From the IMG/VR virus record IMGVR_UViG_3300040801_001492, positions 37,446-101,445 of that record: a stretch of 64,000 bases of DNA; one strand, 5' to 3'. How positions within the stretch are numbered: position 1 is the stretch's first letter; every line of letters begins with the position of its first letter. Shown here piece by piece: positions 49,101 through 59,359 of the stretch. The position numbers and the translations under genes were made by a program. Source of the DNA: a virus. Below the pieces are notes generated by a model. It had not been told where the DNA came from. It was given only the letters and a program-made list of their open reading frames with translations, and ran no database searches.

Positions 49101-52100
49101 TTATCTTAATTTTGTAGGAAAATAATACGTTGTTACATCTCCTAACTTGAAAGTATTATTATCACTATTATCATATGTTAACTTAACTTTCATGTAAGTA
49201 TCTCTAAATCTGCCGTTATCAGCAGCACTAAGTTTACCACCATTAGTATTATAGTGTCTTATATTATTATATCGCCATTCTCTAAATCTCCTTGATAAAG
49301 CGTTAGCAGTATCTGTCTCTATATCTAATGCACCTGTATACTGGTAACTTGTATATGCCTGCAGAGTACTGAATGTATCAGTTAACTGTTCTACTTCTGA
49401 AGCATTAAGAGATACAGACAGCCACTTCATCAAATCAAACCTAACAACTTCATGTTGTCTAGGATTAATAATTAATGTAATAGTTGAATCATCCGCAGAT
49501 GCCCCATAATAAGAAGCGTAATTACCTTCGTTATGTTTATGAAAAGCAGAATCTGATAAGACCAAGCTGTCTGGGTTCGATAGGAGCGTTTTCCTGAACC
49601 AAATGAAGTCTTTTGGTACATAGGTATAGAATCCAGTGAAAGTGTCTGTAAAGCCGTTAAAAACGATTACAGAGCTATCTATATCACTATTACCATCCTC
49701 TATGTAAAATAGTACTTCTCTATTAGCAGCATCATAACCTGTAATAGCATCATCAATAGTATTATTTTCGAAGTAAGACTTTAATCCTTTGGTATCTGAT
49801 AATGACTCTATCTTATCAGTAATACGTCTTATAGAGCAGTTATAGTCGTCTACATAATACAATCCTAAATCCGTTGGTATAATACCTTTATGAATAGAAG
49901 AACCTGATGTAGTACTGATATAGTCATACCTCTGAAGTACTCCACCTGTACCTAATCCTAAAGTTGAAGTGTTTTGTGTCTGTACAACTTCTCTTTCTAA
50001 TACAGATAGGAAAGATATAGCTTGTGGTTGAAAAGATATTACTCTATTATCTTTATGTAAGATACGTGTAATACCACCATATTGAGTATCTAAAATCAAA
50101 TGATTGGCTAATGAAAACTTAAGCCAGCTATCAGAATATTCATTCGGTGTTTTTAACTGAGAAGACATAACTTTAGTATCTTCTACTATAGTATCAGAGA
50201 AGCCAAATGGTTTAGGCATATACTGATGTGACATATCATAAGCCGAATAAGCATTATTATATCTATATAAGTTACCTACATTCTCAGGATAAGTGGTAGG
50301 AAACTGACTAATACCTATAGATTCTACTTCTGATAAATAATATAAAGGAACATCAGCAGCTGCGGCTCCTGTAGGATTAGTAAAATAATTAGTTAATAAG
50401 TCAGAACGGTAATTAAGATTAATACTTGTTTCTACAGGAAATTGTATTAAACTTTGAATAGACTTTCTTGAATCTCCTGTATCTTCTTCTTCATCTATAA
50501 AAGCATATAGGTATGAAAACATAGATATATATGTATCACCGCCATATGTAGTTGTATCTTGTGTACCGCCTGATGTATCTTTAGCTATAAATTCTCCACA
50601 AGGTATATAAGTATTAACACTTCTATTTTCAAAAGTATTACCACCATAAATAGAAGTGCCTAATGGTACTCTATAAACACCTAATATACCTTCATAAATA
50701 CCACCAGCATTAAACTTACTAGTATCTAATGTAGATGTTATATCTAAATTAATTAACATAGCTGTTCCTTTAAAACCGAAGCTAGAATCATTATTATAAA
50801 AATCACTTGTTCGGTTATAATAAGGTATACTATCTATTGTATGTGCAGGCGGGTCTTTAAATTCAGGAGTAGTTAATAACCACTCATCACTGCCTGCTCT
50901 AAACTCAGAACGTGTATTTGTACTAAATGTATGTATAGTAGCATCATCATAATAAAATACCCATGTTGTATCTTCGTTATCATCTACTAAAGTATGGTGA
51001 TCATCTAGAATACCAGGAAAATCTAAATTACCCAGAAATTCTAAAAAACCATTTTCAGACATGGACATGTTTTTATTAAAAACTACTTCTGGACAAACGA
51101 AGTCTACTAAATCTTGATTCATACCGTCTGATTTAGCATCACCTGCTACTTCAAATTCAGGTGGTGTATCATCATCAGCATCATATCTATCAATATCTAT
51201 TAAACAGAATGAACTATAATGTATATTTCCTGAATCATATTTAAAGGTAGGATTAATAAATCCCATGCCTTTAATAGTTTTATCATTGTCTTCCCTATTA
51301 ACACGTACTATTCTAAAACCTGATATTTCTGATTTAAAATCAGTAGGTAGTTCATCCCAGTCAATAGTAAATTTAACAGCTAATTTACTACCATTACCTG
51401 CAGACGCCATATAATTAAGTTCTTCCCAATTAGGTGTTCTAATATCAGCTATCCATTTAACAAACGAAGACCTACCATATGTATCATAGAAGACAATACC
51501 AAACCTATATACCTCATCTCTGGCATATCCTACTTCTTCATAAACTACTTCAGGATTATCATAGGCATCAGAATCAGCATCAGGTTTCCAGTAAGGAAAG
51601 CTAGTATCTGTATATTGTGTACCTAAATCAAATGTATCTGTAGCAAATTCATAGGAGATAAAAGGGCCTGTACCGCCTAAATCAGCCGTAGCAGGAGCAG
51701 CAACTATTTCTTGGTATTTATACTGATAACCTGAAGTATCATCATTAGATATATCATTATATGCATTATAACAATCGTCTTCTTCAGGTACTAAAGTATA
51801 ATCGGGGCCTGAGCCGCTGTCAATAATTATCTTATCAGAACTATCTTGATTAACCGCACATTCAGGTGTATTAGCAACTGATGTATAAGTATAATTATAA
51901 GTATACATCATTTCATCTACTACAATAGTACTAGCTGTACCTGTATAATTAGCAGAAGGTTCACTGCCAGGTAAATAACCAGTTCCTTGTATTATGATAT
52001 AATGAGAACCTAAATAATCACTATATGTAGTAGAAGATAATCCTGATAAATCTAATACAGCAGTATCAGTACCTCCATCAATATCTATAGTTAAAGAAGG

Positions 52101-53498
52101 CTGTAAATTACCTACAGAAGATGTTACTATCTCAGTAAAAACAAAATTTAATACTGCACCTCCTACAGGATTAGCTAAATCTTCCGCATCTACTTCTATA
52201 TATATTTGCCAATCTCCTGCTGTATTTAGATAAGTATTACCATTAGCTAATGTAGGATAATCATTACCATTAGCTGCCGCTACAGGATCGGTTGTTTCAT
52301 CTAGTGTCTCCGAACCATTAGTAGTAGTACCACTAGCTTTCCATGCCCAGCGATATGCCCTGGTATCTAGAAAATTCATAACACCTGCTCCTGCAGTATA
52401 AGTATCTAAATATAGTTGGTCTACATCAAACCATTCCTCAGTAATATTACCTGCTAAGAGATAATTATTTTTATTAACAAGAGTCTGTGGTATGAAATTA
52501 TTACGAAGTATCTGAAACTCTTCTAAAGCAAGCTCACCTATCTGATAACCATAATCAACAGCATAGATAGTATCACTGGCTATAGACATCTCAGTAACTA
52601 TACGTACAGTAGGTACATTACCATAAGCCTGATAATCTAAAGCTACAATACGTATCTTACTAAAATCAGAATAGTCACTTTCTAAACTAATAGTTATATT
52701 AACACATTTATTGGTATTCTCTTCGGGTTCACTACCACCAAACCTATTAGTATCAGATGAAGGGTACTCAGCCGAAGTAAGATTAAACATACCACTGGCG
52801 GGAGAAAACATAGTCTCCGTACCATTTACTGAATATAATTGGTAAGCATATTGTACCCTACCAGACTTAAGAATACCACCGGTACCTAGCTCTAAGTCAA
52901 TAGTACCATAAGTATGCTCAGGAAGAATCCTCAACCTATCAACATCAAGTGATTCTAAAGGATTAGTATCATCGTTATTTACTATATTAAGATGATAGAG
53001 GTTGTTATAACCATCAGTCCAGTATATCTTATGTACGGAGGAATTTTCGTAGTTAGCTACTATATCTTTAATAGGATAAGTTTCACTAAATCCTAGGTCT
53101 GATTTGTAAATTAAACTATCACATTTATTAGTACCACCATCATCATAAACAGCATAGGTGCCATTAAAGTAATAAGTATCTGTTAATACTATATTCTGAG
53201 CTTCTTCTAATTCATCAATAGGTATCTTATATATCCTATCAGGATTAGTTTCACCGCATGTAGTAATAATAATTAAATCGCTTCTAGATACTACCCATCC
53301 GAGAAGAGTTCCTGTATTAGGTATAGTAAATGAAGCTGAAGTACCAGGTGTATTAACTAAGTTACCTGAAGCTAATCCATCAGAATCATCTGATATAACT
53401 CTAAAATTCTCCAAATCAAAATAGTGAGTATTATCATATTTTGTTGGAGCAGTATCTTTATCTAATCCACCAATAAAAGTATTAACAAACTTTTCCAT
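49101..53498 (-). CDS. tail stabilisation / muzzle protein (crAss-like)
   Basis: NTFIGGLDKD start, G.VQYAYQLY..NG.ET, DTRAYR, GYARDEVYRFGIVF, YGGDTYI, RRFREWR, GRFRDTY. Confidence 0.8.
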   Translation of the reverse strand: MEKFVNTFIGGLDKDTAPTKYDNTHYFDLENFRVISDDSDGLASGNLVNTPGTSASFTIPNTGTLLGWVVSRSDLIIITTCGETNPDRIYKIPIDELEEAQNIVLTDTYYFNGTYAVYDDGGTNKCDSLIYKSDLGFSETYPIKDIVANYENSSVHKIYWTDGYNNLYHLNIVNNDDTNPLESLDVDRLRILPEHTYGTIDLELGTGGILKSGRVQYAYQLYSVNGTETMFSPASGMFNLTSAEYPSSDTNRFGGSEPEENTNKCVNITISLESDYSDFSKIRIVALDYQAYGNVPTVRIVTEMSIASDTIYAVDYGYQIGELALEEFQILRNNFIPQTLVNKNNYLLAGNITEEWFDVDQLYLDTYTAGAGVMNFLDTRAYRWAWKASGTTTNGSETLDETTDPVAAANGNDYPTLANGNTYLNTAGDWQIYIEVDAEDLANPVGGAVLNFVFTEIVTSSVGNLQPSLTIDIDGGTDTAVLDLSGLSSTTYSDYLGSHYIIIQGTGYLPGSEPSANYTGTASTIVVDEMMYTYNYTYTSVANTPECAVNQDSSDKIIIDSGSGPDYTLVPEEDDCYNAYNDISNDDTSGYQYKYQEIVAAPATADLGGTGPFISYEFATDTFDLGTQYTDTSFPYWKPDADSDAYDNPEVVYEEVGYARDEVYRFGIVFYDTYGRSSFVKWIADIRTPNWEELNYMASAGNGSKLAVKFTIDWDELPTDFKSEISGFRIVRVNREDNDKTIKGMGFINPTFKYDSGNIHYSSFCLIDIDRYDADDDTPPEFEVAGDAKSDGMNQDLVDFVCPEVVFNKNMSMSENGFLEFLGNLDFPGILDDHHTLVDDNEDTTWVFYYDDATIHTFSTNTRSEFRAGSDEWLLTTPEFKDPPAHTIDSIPYYNRTSDFYNNDSSFGFKGTAMLINLDITSTLDTSKFNAGGIYEGILGVYRVPLGTSIYGGNTFENRSVNTYIPCGEFIAKDTSGGTQDTTTYGGDTYISMFSYLYAFIDEEEDTGDSRKSIQSLIQFPVETSINLNYRSDLLTNYFTNPTGAAAADVPLYYLSEVESIGISQFPTTYPENVGNLYRYNNAYSAYDMSHQYMPKPFGFSDTIVEDTKVMSSQLKTPNEYSDSWLKFSLANHLILDTQYGGITRILHKDNRVISFQPQAISFLSVLEREVVQTQNTSTLGLGTGGVLQRYDYISTTSGSSIHKGIIPTDLGLYYVDDYNCSIRRITDKIESLSDTKGLKSYFENNTIDDAITGYDAANREVLFYIEDGNSDIDSSVIVFNGFTDTFTGFYTYVPKDFIWFRKTLLSNPDSLVLSDSAFHKHNEGNYASYYGASADDSTITLIINPRQHEVVRFDLMKWLSVSLNASEVEQLTDTFSTLQAYTSYQYTGALDIETDTANALSRRFREWRYNNIRHYNTNGGKLSAADNGRFRDTYMKVKLTYDNSDNNTFKLGDVTTYYFPTKLR

Positions 53499-54262
53499 TA
53501 ATAATTACGTTTTGAGCCTGAATATTTAAATCCAGAATAAAAATGTTCCATATAAGGATGAGGTGCTTTCCATCTGTTAGCCAATGTCTGCATACGTGAT
53601 GCGTCGGGCATAAGACCAGCACCTTTAGCTGAACCTACATTGAATAAGTAATCCTGCCTTATTATTTCGTACTTTCTCTCACTAAGTAAATCCTGCATCA
53701 TCATCTTGAAAGCCATCCTTTCGGCACAATAACTTGTTACTGCCCTAAGATACTTAACATCATCAGGTAAGGTAGGAAGACCAGATTCTATATCTACAGG
53801 AAAAGCTTTGTAAGACAGCTCTACACGACCTGTAGTAAAAGCAGTATATATATAGTTACCCTGTGTTTTATATCTATATAGCTCAGGATAATTATCATCG
53901 AAAACAACAGTATAAAACTCCTCACCTGTAGCAGGATTAGTATCTGTTGCTACCTCTGTTTCGGTAGACATATATTCATTACTTGACAGGAAGAATAGGT
54001 CAGTTACTTCAGTCATCATAGTACCTGTAGTATACTCACGTACACCACTAAGCTGATACAGGTCGTGAGGAAGTAATCCTCTGTTCTCAGCTATAGTAAC
54101 TACATAATCCTGTACATCCTTTAAAGGGTCTAAAATACCTATTAGACCAACAGCTTTCCATATATATTCAGAAACACTTGTTTTATCTACCGATTGAAAA
54201 CCATATTCTTCATGTAGTTGTTCAATGATATATTCTATTGGTTGAACTTTACCGCTTATCAT
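53498..54262 (-). CDS. tail tubular/ring protein
   Basis: GNYIYTAF..G.VELSYKAFPVD..GLP.LPDD motif; upstream of muzzle gene. Confidence 0.7.
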   Translation of the reverse strand: MISGKVQPIEYIIEQLHEEYGFQSVDKTSVSEYIWKAVGLIGILDPLKDVQDYVVTIAENRGLLPHDLYQLSGVREYTTGTMMTEVTDLFFLSSNEYMSTETEVATDTNPATGEEFYTVVFDDNYPELYRYKTQGNYIYTAFTTGRVELSYKAFPVDIESGLPTLPDDVKYLRAVTSYCAERMAFKMMMQDLLSERKYEIIRQDYLFNVGSAKGAGLMPDASRMQTLANRWKAPHPYMEHFYSGFKYSGSKRNY

Positions 54263-54798
54263 TATTCAAAAAAATTAAGGTGGTTTACTTTACTTGCTCT
54301 ACTTAGTATCTGATCGTTTGTTCTTGTCATATCAATATAATATGCTGTTTGATTAGGTACAGTCGAAGTAAGCTTCTCCCAGTACCATACATACCTATAA
54401 CCATCTGTATGTTCATTAAGCTCTCTTATAACAGGTTTATTTTTTATTTTTTTTAACTCTTCAGAAGACATACCTGGATAACGTTCTTGCCATAGTTTCT
54501 TAGTGGCTTTCCAGTCAATAGATAATCTACGTGTATCTAATTCACCGTTCTCATTGATAGTAGGCTCAACATATTTTTTCTTTATACGAAGATAGCCTAA
54601 ATTAGCCGGTAACCTAAACTGTAGATTATCCAACACTATCATCTTAGCTATCTCAGTGAATACTTCCTTGTATAAAGCCTTTACTTGCTTTTTAGATAAA
54701 TAACTCTTATCTTTATATAAAGACTTATAGTATTTGTAAATATCATCAAAGCTATAATCAGCTATTACTCTACTCTTACCTCTTCTGTACGCTAGCAT
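54262..54798 (-). CDS. IHF/HU-like protein of crAss-like structural module
   Basis: FRLPANLGYLRIKK, IDWKATKKLW, NEHTDGYRY.WYW; ATG at 54798. Confidence 0.65.
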   Translation of the reverse strand: MLAYRRGKSRVIADYSFDDIYKYYKSLYKDKSYLSKKQVKALYKEVFTEIAKMIVLDNLQFRLPANLGYLRIKKKYVEPTINENGELDTRRLSIDWKATKKLWQERYPGMSSEELKKIKNKPVIRELNEHTDGYRYVWYWEKLTSTVPNQTAYYIDMTRTNDQILSRASKVNHLNFFE

Positions 54799-55483
54799 TA
54801 CTATCCGATTGTAAATTATCTTCACTATCATCTTTCTTATCCTCAGCCTGCATAAGAGTAAGACCAAATTTTTCCTGCACAATTAATGTCTTCAGCTGGT
54901 CTATCATTGATTTATTGATAGGATATTCATCATCATATGTCCATGTAGCATCAGCAAACTGTGCTGCCTCAATAGGGTTTTGAAAAACCCCTCTTATATG
55001 TACATATGTATTTGTTAGGTGATAACCTGATTTGCTTATCAAGTATAACCTCTCACCCATAGTAAAGGCATATACCATATGAGAGTTGAAGTGTCCATTA
55101 CCAGATACTAAAGCCTGCTCATAAGGAACAACCTTATAATGCTCTGTAAGCTTATCAGGAGGCCCCACACGTGTAAACGTGCCTGTGCCATCCCTACGCT
55201 CTATAGTAGCTGGTATATCAACTGCTGTACGTAGCATATACCTATAATCAGTTATACTTAAATCATTAGCTGATACTTGTTCAAGAGCTACTGTACCTAA
55301 GTCCTGTACAATATTATTATCTATACCTGTAAAAGGCTTAGTAAAGGCTTGTTTAAGTAGACGTGCTCTCTGTGACTGAATCCAGTCTATAACTAGCCTT
55401 CTATCTACAGGATCGGTTAACTTAAGCTGTGCTCTTCGTAACTCTAATAATTCAAATACTAACTGATTTAATGTTGTTGTCAT
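54776..55483 (-). CDS. tail ring/adaptor structural protein
   Basis: RRLVIDWI..QRARLLKQ, IRGVFQNP, YPI..SMID. Confidence 0.65.
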   Translation of the reverse strand: MTTTLNQLVFELLELRRAQLKLTDPVDRRLVIDWIQSQRARLLKQAFTKPFTGIDNNIVQDLGTVALEQVSANDLSITDYRYMLRTAVDIPATIERRDGTGTFTRVGPPDKLTEHYKVVPYEQALVSGNGHFNSHMVYAFTMGERLYLISKSGYHLTNTYVHIRGVFQNPIEAAQFADATWTYDDEYPINKSMIDQLKTLIVQEKFGLTLMQAEDKKDDSEDNLQSDSNASVQKR

Positions 55484-55486
55484 GTT

Positions 55487-56110
55487 TTAAAATTTAAAAG
55501 ATGCATTAAAACCTATACCAGGCTGTACTTTAGTTGTTTCATTGTTATAAAATAGTCCACCTGATACACCATATATTGTTCTCTTCTTTGTTGCTACAGA
55601 TAGATTGATAGCTGCTAAGTGGCTATTATCGAAGATATACATATACTGTATACCACCATATATTCCTGTAGTAGGTACTTCTACCTCTACTTCCTTAATA
55701 ACAGGTTTTTCTACCTCTATTGTAGTAACATAATTTTCTTTGTACACCTCAGAGTTCCAACTTCGTATTATATGATCTGTAAACCACTCATCATGTAGAA
55801 AAACTGAGAAGTATTCGGTATTTAATGTATCTGATATAACAGTACCATCTTCCATAGGTTTTTCTATATAAGCAGTATCCTGTGGTAGATATATAGTATC
55901 TGCAGGCATACTTAAGTAAATAGTATCTCTTATAGTATCTACAACGATAACAGGTGGTTTATTAGCTATAGCTACTAATGAATCATAGAAAGCTGTATTA
56001 ACAACTGATTCATCATCTTTAATCCACTGAAATCTATTGTATTTACCAAATAAGATTAAGGCAGCTATTAATATAACTGCACCTATAATACTACTTATTG
56101 TCTTCGTCAT
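55487..56110 (-). CDS. membrane-anchored protein, spanin candidate
   Basis: N-terminal TM, DTI-rich stalk, C-terminal amphipathic beta-strands ending in Phe. Confidence 0.5.
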   Translation of the reverse strand: MTKTISSIIGAVILIAALILFGKYNRFQWIKDDESVVNTAFYDSLVAIANKPPVIVVDTIRDTIYLSMPADTIYLPQDTAYIEKPMEDGTVISDTLNTEYFSVFLHDEWFTDHIIRSWNSEVYKENYVTTIEVEKPVIKEVEVEVPTTGIYGGIQYMYIFDNSHLAAINLSVATKKRTIYGVSGGLFYNNETTKVQPGIGFNASFKF

Positions 56111-56288
56111 CTTTTTGAAGTTCTCTGATTTGTAATTCTATATATTCTAAAACCCCCTCTAACTTAGATACAAGTTTATTGGCTTCTACGAATTTATTTC
56201 TGTACTTTATATATTCATTCTCTAGTTCTTTTAAAGTACTTTGTTCTTCAACTTTCTCTTCTTTTTTAGTAATCTTCTTTTCTGTCAT
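56091..56288 (-). CDS. small coiled-coil protein
   Basis: 65 aa with heptad pattern. Confidence 0.6.
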   Translation of the reverse strand: MTEKKITKKEEKVEEQSTLKELENEYIKYRNKFVEANKLVSKLEGVLEYIELQIRELQKDDEDNK

Positions 56289-56411
56289 AATTTCTAATTT
56301 TTACTGTTATTTAATATTTTTGTTTATCCGTATAGTGGCTCGTTAACCGAGTTATATAGAGTAATAGTATTGTTTTATCCTCATTTTATAAGTAAATTAG
56401 ATACATTATCA

Positions 56412-58319
56412 TTATAGTGTACCTACATATTGACCCCCAGCTCCTACAAAATATATTTGCTTGTTTTTACTCATAACAGCATAAGTAGGGTTGTTTATTC
56501 TACTATCTAATATATCCCATGTATCTCCACTATCCCTAGAAAGATATATATAATTATCCCCCCCAGCTTTACCAGTAACCAAAATATAAGTTCCATCCAT
56601 TGATACCGATACAGAATTCCAAGCAACATTAATATCTCCAAGAGGCCTTAATTCCTCCCATGTTTCCCCTAAATTTTTAGTAACCCATAACCTATTTCCC
56701 TTTTCTCCCATTACTATAACTGACCCATCACTACTCATATCAATATGACTTACACTAAAATGCATTGAAGTACCCCCAGAACTTATTACCCAATTATTTC
56801 CCCCATCAATTGATATCCATATATTGCCCATTATCTCTCGTATTATTAAAATAGTACCATCATAATTTATTCCCATTCCCCACCAATTACCATTGGCATC
56901 CCCTTTTGGTTGTACTTCATTAAATGATACCCCATTATTAGTTGAAATATATAATCTATGTTCTGATGCAAATATTGTATTCCCATCACCACTAATTTTT
57001 GAACCGTACCAATCTTTTGAGATATCTCCAGCTGGTTGAACTTCATTCCAAATATTTCCTGAATCAAGAGATAAATATAATCTTTTATTGGGACTAGTAT
57101 GGCCAACTATAATTTTGTCACCTAGATATGATATTCCTCCGCAAATATATCCACTTAAAGTTTCCCCAATAGGTTTTACTTCATTCCAACTTTCCCCATA
57201 ATTATAAGATATCCAAGGAAACCCAAAATCATCAGTCTCTGGAGTCAATAGCATATTTGAACCAGTTTCGTTTATAAGAGTTAATACTGATTGATAAAAA
57301 TGATTTCCTCCAATTAAGTATACTTCTTCCCAAGATACAGCAGAATTAATTGATAAAAATATCTTATTACTCTGACTTGCCACAATTATATGTGTTCCGT
57401 CATCACTCATTGAACAATCATACCAACCATAATTAACATCACCTGCTGGTTGTATTTCATTCCAAGAAGCTCCACTATTTGTAGATATATAAGCACGTCC
57501 GCCATTCCTTAATGCTATTATTGTAGTTCCATCTGAACTTATAGATACTCCTGTCCATATAAGATCACCTGCAACTGGAGAAATTTCACTCCAATTCTCT
57601 CCGCTATCTATTGAGAGATAGACACCTCCATCATAAATACAAGCAATCATCTTATCACCATCTGGACTTATATCACATGAAAACCAACACCCAGATTCTG
57701 TTGCAAGAGGAGTTCTTTCGGTCCAACTACTTCCACTGTTAGAAGAAGTATATAATTTACCAGTACTGGCATTATCTTCACTTAATAAAATATCACTACC
57801 AGTATAACTAATAGCTACATATCCCCAAAATTTTGTTGCGTCACCGGCTGGTTGTATTTCAGTCCAATTATCTCCACCATCGGTTGATATATAAGCACGC
57901 CCACCATATGCTGCTGCAATTAAAATACTACCATCCCCACTAACCCCGGTACATTTCCATTCACCAGTTCCTCTTCCAGTAATTTTAGACCATGTATCAC
58001 CACTATTTTTAGATAAATAAAGATAATCATTATTAGCACCTACTAACATAACAGAACCATCATCACTACAAGCGCCACTAAGCCATAATTTATCTTTATC
58101 TCCATCTGGTTGGATTTCGTTCCATGAAATACCATAATCAGTTGAAATATTTAATCTGCTACCATAAATACCAACAATCATAGTAGAACCATCTCCTGAA
58201 ATAGCTGTTCCATTAATAATATAATAATAATTCAAAGGATTTATTATAGCAAATTCAGTCCAATAACGGCTCCAACTGAACTGCTGACTGTTATATAAAA
58301 AACTAGGATTAAGTAACAT
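56412..58319 (-). CDS. BNR/Asp-box repeat beta-propeller protein (putative receptor-binding/glycan-interacting)
   Basis: About 14 repeats of S-x-[DN]-x-G-x-x-W, often followed by E[IV]QPAGD. Confidence 0.8.
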   Translation of the reverse strand: MLLNPSFLYNSQQFSWSRYWTEFAIINPLNYYYIINGTAISGDGSTMIVGIYGSRLNISTDYGISWNEIQPDGDKDKLWLSGACSDDGSVMLVGANNDYLYLSKNSGDTWSKITGRGTGEWKCTGVSGDGSILIAAAYGGRAYISTDGGDNWTEIQPAGDATKFWGYVAISYTGSDILLSEDNASTGKLYTSSNSGSSWTERTPLATESGCWFSCDISPDGDKMIACIYDGGVYLSIDSGENWSEISPVAGDLIWTGVSISSDGTTIIALRNGGRAYISTNSGASWNEIQPAGDVNYGWYDCSMSDDGTHIIVASQSNKIFLSINSAVSWEEVYLIGGNHFYQSVLTLINETGSNMLLTPETDDFGFPWISYNYGESWNEVKPIGETLSGYICGGISYLGDKIIVGHTSPNKRLYLSLDSGNIWNEVQPAGDISKDWYGSKISGDGNTIFASEHRLYISTNNGVSFNEVQPKGDANGNWWGMGINYDGTILIIREIMGNIWISIDGGNNWVISSGGTSMHFSVSHIDMSSDGSVIVMGEKGNRLWVTKNLGETWEELRPLGDINVAWNSVSVSMDGTYILVTGKAGGDNYIYLSRDSGDTWDILDSRINNPTYAVMSKNKQIYFVGAGGQYVGTL

Positions 58320-58321
58320 AA

Positions 58322-58804
58322 TTATACTGTTTGATAATCTTGTACTGCATTAATATAAAAATAGTCTCCATCATAGAAGATACTAAATATATCAGTTGAA
58401 CTAGCTGCTGCTGTAACTGTAAACTCACTACCACTAGGAAACTTACAATCAGTTGAATTAAAAGCCATAGTTCTACTACCTATACTATCTTGATGTACAA
58501 TTAGCAAATAAGAACCTATAACTGCATTAGAGATGTTAATAGAGGTTACATTACCTGTTAGTGTCAATTCAAAAATACAGTTCTTAGAAGCGTCTATATT
58601 AACTGTAGCAGCATAATCTAGCTCAGTAATCTCCTCTACACCGACAGCTTGCTTAACATATAAAACAGTACCATCATCATTCTCATGGAATTTATTATTC
58701 ATAAACTCCGCAAGAGCATTTGTCCAGTCTTTTAAAACAGCTTTAGAATCTCTTTTATATTTCTTAAGACTAAAGTTGTTATTTACTTTAAACAAATTAT
58801 TCAT
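58322..58804 (-). CDS. tail-fibre-associated beta-sandwich protein
   Basis: LTLTGNVT...LIVHQD..GSRT...TDIFSIFYDG pattern seen in phage tail-fibre proteins. Confidence 0.5.
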   Translation of the reverse strand: MNNLFKVNNNFSLKKYKRDSKAVLKDWTNALAEFMNNKFHENDDGTVLYVKQAVGVEEITELDYAATVNIDASKNCIFELTLTGNVTSINISNAVIGSYLLIVHQDSIGSRTMAFNSTDCKFPSGSEFTVTAAASSTDIFSIFYDGDYFYINAVQDYQTV

Positions 58805-58826
58805 CGTTTTTATCTTTATTCAATAT

Positions 58827-59030
58827 TTATTTGTTAGGTCTTTTCCTAAACCATTCTATAATATCATATAAGGCAGCTACCCAAATAAGCAATCCACCTG
58901 CTAAGAATAATATAGTGTCTAAAAATAGAAGTACTCCATTATCCTTCAATCCCCATAATCCCAATACTGTTAAAGAAAATATAGGAGCAAGGAGTAACCT
59001 AAACCAAAAGTTTTTTAATAATTCTTTCAT
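58827..59030 (-). CDS. two-TM membrane protein
   Basis: 67 aa, two hydrophobic helices, basic C-terminus. Confidence 0.6.
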   Translation of the reverse strand: MKELLKNFWFRLLLAPIFSLTVLGLWGLKDNGVLLFLDTILFLAGGLLIWVAALYDIIEWFRKRPNK

Positions 59031-59049
59031 AATTTTAATTTTTTAATTG

Positions 59050-59313
59050 TTAACTAGCCTCTTTCAGTTCGTCTACAGTTTTACGTGTATCTGTCAAGAC
59101 TTTTCTTAATTCTCTAAATTCTTTACCCAGCTTTTTAATACTCATATTAATCTCACAAAGAGCTTTAGTCATTTCATCAAAGCGTTCTTCATTAGCATTA
59201 TCCCATAGGTCTAATACCCGCTTAATAGCATGTAAGTCACCACTCGTCAATGTCATCTCTTGTTTTGTCTTATCGCTGATAGGTAAATTCTCTAAATCGT
59301 ACTTATCACTCAT
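59050..59313 (-). CDS. coiled-coil hypothetical protein
   Basis: 87 aa, heptad-rich C-terminal half. Confidence 0.6.
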   Translation of the reverse strand: MSDKYDLENLPISDKTKQEMTLTSGDLHAIKRVLDLWDNANEERFDEMTKALCEINMSIKKLGKEFRELRKVLTDTRKTVDELKEAS

Positions 59314-59359
59314 TTTTTTGTAATCCTTTTTATATCTATTTGTAAATTCATTGTATCCA

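Noticed and set aside
56289-56411. Structured RNA in the gap after the BNR gene
   Set aside because: Only a weak short hairpin (CTCG-TTAAC-CGAG); insufficient support
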